A DNA stretch of 64,000 bases, taken from Fonticula alba ATCC 38817 (Eukaryota; Protista; Nucleariida). Below are positions 57,768 to 64,000 of this stretch, in pieces (position 1 is the first letter of the stretch; every line of letters begins with the position of its first letter). The translations under genes and the position numbers were made by a program. The notes beneath the pieces were generated by a model that did not search any database, was not told the DNA's origin, and worked only from the letters and a program-made list of their open reading frames with translations. Location: assembly GCA_000388065.2 (NCBI GenBank), contig KB932204.1; one strand, written 5' to 3'.

Positions 57768-60700
57768 ATGTCCTTTAGCTTTGGGATTGATTTGGCCCTG
57801 CTGCCGCCGCTGGTGCAGCTACTAGATCCAGTTGCCCCATCAGCTGGGGACTTCCGCCAGCAGGCAGCCTTCCGCCATGGCCTGCGAGTTGTCGGGCTCC
57901 TGGTGGACTCGGTGCGGGGTGTGCTGCAATTCCGTCAAGCGCAAGCACACGCTCGCCGGGTAGCACAGCAGCTGGCCACCCACATTCAGCCTCCTGCCGT
58001 GTGTGATCAGGCCACCGACGGCAATGTCCCCTTGACGGATGCCTGGTGGTCCTTCCACCTGTTCATGTCTTCGACTCCGGTGACCGGCGATCGAGTTGGT
58101 GCTTTTGACAAAAATGGCGGTGTCCTCCTCTCGCCAGAGCAAAGTCTGGCGTCCATGCTGCAGACGGCGCGCTCGGCCGCGCCACGGAGTGGCTCAGATC
58201 CCTCCTCTGGGAGTGCCGGCGGGGCCCCGGTTGACGCGGCGAGTTTCTTGGCCACCTTCGACCCTGCGCTTGTTGCTCCACCGCGCGGCCATTTCCCGGT
58301 CCAGTCGCCAGAGGAGGGCCTTGGTCGTCTGGCCGAGTGTCTGGTTAGCGCATTGGAGTTCCTCCTTGCCTCGTGCTGCGCCCGGCCCGGTCTCCCGTCA
58401 GACTCCGGTCCCGCGGTTGAGTACTTCCCCCCGCCGATGGATCACCTCGTCGGTGGAGCCATGCGAGGGCTCCTGGACTGTTGGTCCTGGGATCGCGCCC
58501 CGAGCGCCTTGGGACCACTGGGCTCTTCAACGGCCCGACAGCCTGGAGCCCGAGTCCGTGCACCTTCTTTGAGCAGTCCAGGTGCGTCCCCCTTTTCTCA
58601 TGCCGCAAGCCCCTTCGCCGGGTAGATGTGCCTGCTCACCATGTGGGCTTTTGAAAACCGCCACAGCCCCCACCCGCGCGAGGCCCAGCAGCGATGAGGG
58701 GGTGGAATTGGCCACCGATCTTCCCGAACGCCTGGCATTCGATGGTGCTCGGCTGGCTGGCGAGGCCCGTGGCTGGCAGGACACCGGCTTCGCGGCTGGC
58801 ACCGCCGCGGCCTTGGACACACACCACCGGTTTGTGACGGGGCCCCTGGCCGCGGTGGCCACTGCTTCCGGGCTCGAATGCGGCCAGGAGGCGCTCTTTT
58901 CGAATTTCACCCCGGAGATGGCTGAGCGCGGTGCCATTTACCTCTTGACCTGCCTGCCGCGCACGCTCCAGGATCTGCACCTCTTTTGCCGAGGCATGCC
59001 CATCGACTCCGAGGCCGAGGGGGACGATGCATCTAGAATGCCTTCGCGCCTCTACCGGCGCATGTATCGGGCTTTCCACGAGCCATTTGTGGCAGCCACG
59101 CGGGCCCACACATCCGGGAGCACCAGCGCTGCCGGCAGCCGCGGCACTGGAGGTGATGTCGGCAGTGCACGAGGTGATTGCCATGCTGCAGGCAACATGG
59201 CACACCTGGTGGCATCCCCCGGGTCAGCCTGGCCGGGTCCCGGGTCTCCAGGATTGGGCAGCTGGTCCAGCCTGCTGCAGTGGGAGATGAATGCTCAGCC
59301 TGTGGCGGATCCGCTGGCCCCGCTGGCTGAGAGATTGAATGCGCTGGCCCGTGAAGCGCAGGCACTGGCTGCGGCCCCGGGAGCACGTCTCGGTGCCGAC
59401 ATTTCCAACATGACTAGCCATGCTGGCAAGGATGACCAGCCGGCGGCCGGAGCGCCGGGGCTTTGGCCGACCCTGGCCAGTCAGCACCTGGCCTTGCATT
59501 TTGTGGATCTTTCAGCCTGGTGTGCGGCGCTTCCGGGAGCCGGGCCCGCTGCCCTGCCCGGTTGGATTTCCAGTGTGGATGGATCGGCCCTGAGCGGCAT
59601 GGCTCGAGCCTTTCTGCATGGCTGCCCATCTGCCGGAGGTGCAGTTGGCTTGCATCCTGCCGAGTCTCTCGACTTGGCCGGGCGTCGCGCCGTGCGCCGG
59701 CTGTTGGGTAGCTTCACTCTCGGCAGCTCGGGCAGTCGCGGGGTCAGCGGGCGATCGACCCCCGGCAGCCGGCTCATCCTTTCCGAGAGCCTGCTCGAGG
59801 GGGCAGAGGACCCGCTGCTCGATCGGTTTTTGAATGACTGGCTCCGGCGGCGAGGTCTTGCCATGGAGGATGAGCTCGAGCCTCCGCGATTGGCTTTGGC
59901 GGCTCTCCCGCGGTTATTTCAGCTTGCCGCCGCGCATCAAGATATCCAGGTCCTCCCGAGCGGGCTCCCATTGGGCTCAAGCACCAAGGCCAGCACCACG
60001 GCCGAGGCCGACATGTCCTGGCATGTTGGCACGGCGCCGGCCCGCGGCACAAGCGGTCCATGGCTCCGGCGGATTTCAGCGAGGCTGGTCCTCGGGCCGG
60101 GGGTGCTCGAGGCCGCCGGGATGCCGACCAATCACAGCCGGTGGGCGCTGCTTCCGGCGTCCCCCCTTTGTGGAGCCTTTTTGGGCGGGACTGTGGCTGG
60201 CGGGCGCCTTGCCCGAGCATTGGCCGGGACCGATGCACCAAGGGCCCGAGATAAGGACGGGCTGGCTTTGACACTTGTTGGGTTTTTGGATGTCCTATCG
60301 GGCCGAGCACGCCTTTTGAGCATACTGTGCCCGCTGGTGCGCCTCTTCGCATTGGACTCCCTGTCCGAGCTTCAGGTCATCGATGCCGTGTCCAAGCCGG
60401 AGGGGGCCCATTCGCCAGGCACCGGGTTGGGCTTTTCGCCGGCCGACTTGGTTCTTGTGTCTGGATTCCTTGCAAGCACCAGCCGACTGGCGGTCATTCG
60501 GCTTGACCTTGCCACGGTGAACCTGGGGCAGCTGTCTCTCCTTCCCTCTGAGGCAGACTTCGCCGGTGGTTGTCGCCACTGTGGCGCTCCGTTGCCCCTG
60601 GCGCCGGGAAACCCGCCGGCCCCTCAATCACTGCTGTTTGTTCTAGCCCCCTGGCTTGGGGCGGTCAGCCTCCTGCAGCGTGTCCAACTGGAAGCCCTTT

Positions 60701-63700
60701 GCGATGGGTGTTCTGCCGCGCTGCTAGCGGGCTTATGTGGTCCCAGTGCGGCCTACGGCCAGCATGTGGCCAGGGCCCTGGAGAAGTCGATCCACCCGGC
60801 TCCGGGCTTCGGACATATCGTGCCCACTGGCGGGTGCGCGGTGGTGGAGCAAGCAGCCCCGGCCGCCAGCGGGCGCTTCCTTCGCCGGTGGTCGGCCCTG
60901 CTTCAAGGCCCTCCCATGCCGGACCCGGTCGGCTCCGGGCGTGCAGCTGGGTCTCTACTCTCGCAGTGCGTGCTCCCTTTCGCCTCCCCCCCCCCCCACA
61001 ATACACCGGTTTTCTGTGGCTGACAGTCGCTTGCCCTCTCAAAATAACAGGCTCGTCGAACCGCAGGCCGTCCTATCCGCAGCGACCGGACGCTGTGGCA
61101 CCATGGCCGATTATGTGCAGGATCTTGACTGGGCATACCGGTGTCACACGTATGAGCGCCTGACTCGCGGCAGTGCTACTGACGGTGTCACATCTTCGGC
61201 TTCTTCCGCCATTATGAATGAAGTAGCCGCAGCTTCCTCCGCGACTGGGGATGCCACTGCGGCGGCCACTTCCACGGCTGCCGGGTCGCTGGAGATTGCA
61301 GGCCCGGAGGGCCCTGGGACGGCATGCAGCGATCTCGCCACCGAGGGGGCGCCCCATCTTTTTGGGGATTCACTCGAGCTCATTATTGATCCTCGACTGC
61401 CGCCGGAGCTGGACCACCTGGCCGGTGATCCGACCCTGCGCCAGTTGCAGATGGCCTACATCGGGCGCCTGTCAGGAGTCGTGGCGGAGACGGTATGTAT
61501 CTGTATGTGGCTTTCCCCCCTGCGCTTTGGTGGCTGATTCTAACGGGCCTCCCATGGATGTTTCTGCTGCCGGGTCTCATGCACAGTCGCTGCAAGCTTG
61601 TGTCAAGCTGTTGGAGTCCATCTCGCGCACCTCCTTCGATGTGAACGGCATCCTGCTGATGAGTGAGCCAGCCAGACAGCCAGCCTCCTTCCGGGAAATG
61701 CGCCATCGAGTGGCCGAGCGCCCGTCTCGTGGGGCTGGCGACGCGGCGCCCCTCCCAGCATCTTCCCTGCAAATGGCCCTCGCAGTTCGGTCCATGGTAA
61801 GACTGGTGTTGATGCAAGCCACCGGGGTGGGGTCCACAGTGTCGGCGGTGAGTCTGTCCAACTGGCCGGATTCCAGCCCGGGGCAGGACCACCATGGCAT
61901 GCCACCGGAGGCGCTGGCCGCGGCCACCGTCGAGCGGAACCTGAAACGCACGTCGCGCGCCCGACGCCGGGTATGCCAGGCTCCCTCGGTGGCCGAGGCA
62001 GTGGAGGCCAAATACCAGCTGGCTGGCCGTCGAGCGGCCGGCTTTCTGCCGGCTCCGGCCCTGCGGCAAGTTGACCTGCCCCTGGGGCATTTGGTCGCTC
62101 CGGCCCTCAGCGCCGAGGCCACCTGGACTGATGCATCGCTGTGTGGCCGCGGCCTGGCCGAGGGCGGGCCAGTGTACCGACTCGCGCTGGGACCAGCCGA
62201 CCCTCCCGTGGACTTCTCTGCAAGCCAAGTTGTAGCCTTGCAGAAGGAGCGCGAGTGCGTGCCTCTCTCGCTGGCTTTTTTTCTCCTCACACCTTTTTCC
62301 ATGTTATCTTACTCTCGTCCCCCCCCCCCCCCCCCCTTTTCTCGACTCCATCCTCCCCCCCCCCCGCGTCGGCGTCTCTCCTCTCTAACGATCATTTCAG
62401 ACTTCAGATCCAAGTTCTTCTTCACATTCTGGCCATTTCCATCGCTCTGACAATCGACCCCGATTTGGTGCTCGAGCTGCCTGGCGGCCCGGGAGCTCTG
62501 GAGGCGGCGACCACGGCCGCTGCGTCCTTGGCCGAAGGCCTCGGTGGCGGCATCGGTCGAGAGTTTGCTTCCTCATCGCCTCCGTCGGATTTCGGCCCAC
62601 TCGATCCATTCTCAATGGCGGACTCGCCTCCTGTCGGGGGGGCGTTTTCCTTGCCATCCGGGGCATTTGGCAATGGCAGTCATGCTGGCGGTGGGCCTTT
62701 GGAAGTCTGCGGCATCGGAAGCGGCAGCCTCAGCGCCGCCTCCTCATCGCCACCCTCTTCGTTTTTGGTGGATCCCGCAGAGCTGGCCGCCCAGGCGGCC
62801 ATCCGAGCGGCCAAGCGCCCCTCTCGTCGACGGACACACGGCCATCCTCTCCCTGGAAGCAACGCTCCCCGGGTGTCCGCTCTGCAGCTCGAGGTGGCTG
62901 AAGACTTCCAGCATCTCTTGCAGCTTCTTGACGCACTGAGTTCCTATGGCCATGAGACCTTTGTCCCGTCGGGGGAAAATTCCTCACGCCCGGTTTCTGG
63001 CGGCCTTCCGGGCCCTGGCGCCGCGGCGGGCCCCTCAACGCCTCCTCCACCAGATGTGGCTGCCGCCGCGGCTGCCGCCACCGCCGCGCTGGCCTCGCTG
63101 CCTAATGGCTTCGCCGGGGGTCTTGCCGGCTTCCTGGACGATGTTCTTCTGCCCCTGCTGGCCCTGTGCCAAGACACGGGGCTCGATCTTGTTGGGCTTC
63201 CCCGGTGGCTGTGCGATTTGGCCACCACTCTGGGTCCCAGGATGGGGTCCCCGTCCGGCACATTGGCGACCGCCATGGGGCTGGGGTCTTTGGCGTCGGC
63301 GTCCGCCTCGGCCTCCTCGGGGTCCCTCTTGCTGGTGGGATCAGGCTCCTCGACCATGCTCATGGGATCGGCCTCGTCAAGCCTGTCCATTGCGCCGTCA
63401 TTGTCGTCGTCGTCGACGACGACGACGACGACGGTGACGACGATGGCGACGGCGGCGAGTTTGCAAGCTGCACCCGCCGCATCCGATGGCGGGCTGGTCA
63501 GCGAATGGGCATCGGTCCTGCGTGGGACATTGTCTTGCCTGGATCGCGAGGCTTTGCGCCGTCTTTTTGCCGAGCTCTTCCGGTATGTTGGTGCACATAG
63601 TCGTCGCTGGCCGGAGTTGGCCACGGTGGCTAGCGATGAAGAGAGCGACAGTGAGAGTCTCACTCTCATGGACCCACTTGGGGAAGCCCCCTCGACGCCG

Positions 63701-64000
63701 GTCGGCGCCATGGTAGGCCATTTGTCGGGGCCGCAGTTTGCGGGCCCCGAAGCTGCGAGTGGGATCCGCCACCCCGGCGGCGACAGTCACACGGCGGGGA
63801 CCCCAAGTGGCCTGGTTCCCGGGCTGGTTCCCGGGCATTCCCCCTTCCACAGCCCGTCAATGTCCCTGACGCGCAGCGTGCTGATGCGCAAGCGCCGAGC
63901 CGAGACGCCGTTGTCGCGTCAGGCCGTGCGCGGGCGTCCTGCTGCCCTGGCGGACTCCGTAACCCCGGTGCCTCGAGCCGCCGGTGTCGGGCTGGGGATC
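57768..64000 (+). CDS. Large uncharacterised protein, incomplete at the 3' end. Putative exons 57768-58581, 58667-60965, 61051-61492, 61587-62254, 62401 to beyond 64000
   Basis: A chain of long open frames joined by four phase-consistent introns (donors GTGCGT, GTGCGT, GTATGT, GTGCGT). The last frame stays open to the window end. No family was recognised, and the start codon is uncertain. Confidence 0.6.

Overview
This is a GC-rich, intron-rich eukaryotic window from a draft assembly with 8 N-gaps, most of them abutting long poly-G/C runs. The protein sequences look like those of an opisthokont protist, plausibly Fonticula-like; that assignment is inference only. I reconstructed spliced gene models by hand. 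In order they are: the 3' part of an alpha-N-terminal methyltransferase (NTMT1), a ~2,900-aa TOR kinase (its apparent frameshift is caused by an embedded Illumina adapter), a His-rich NAC-alpha, a stand-alone GT47 exostosin-family glycosyltransferase, a DDT/WHIM-type ISWI partner whose domains are split over short exons, RPL11, MROH1, phosducin-like protein 2/3, CAPZA, an F-box/TPR-like/EF-hand protein, a mitochondrial glutamate-carrier-like gene, and a large unassigned gene that runs off the right end. The main discovery is a U1 snRNA gene at ~53288-53443 whose 5' splice-site recognition sequence reads ACGUACCU instead of the canonical ACUUACCU. This matches the intron donors in the window: of 40 modelled donors, 31 have C at +4, 9 have T and none has A. 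The pattern suggests that U1 and the 5' splice-site consensus have changed in a compensatory way.
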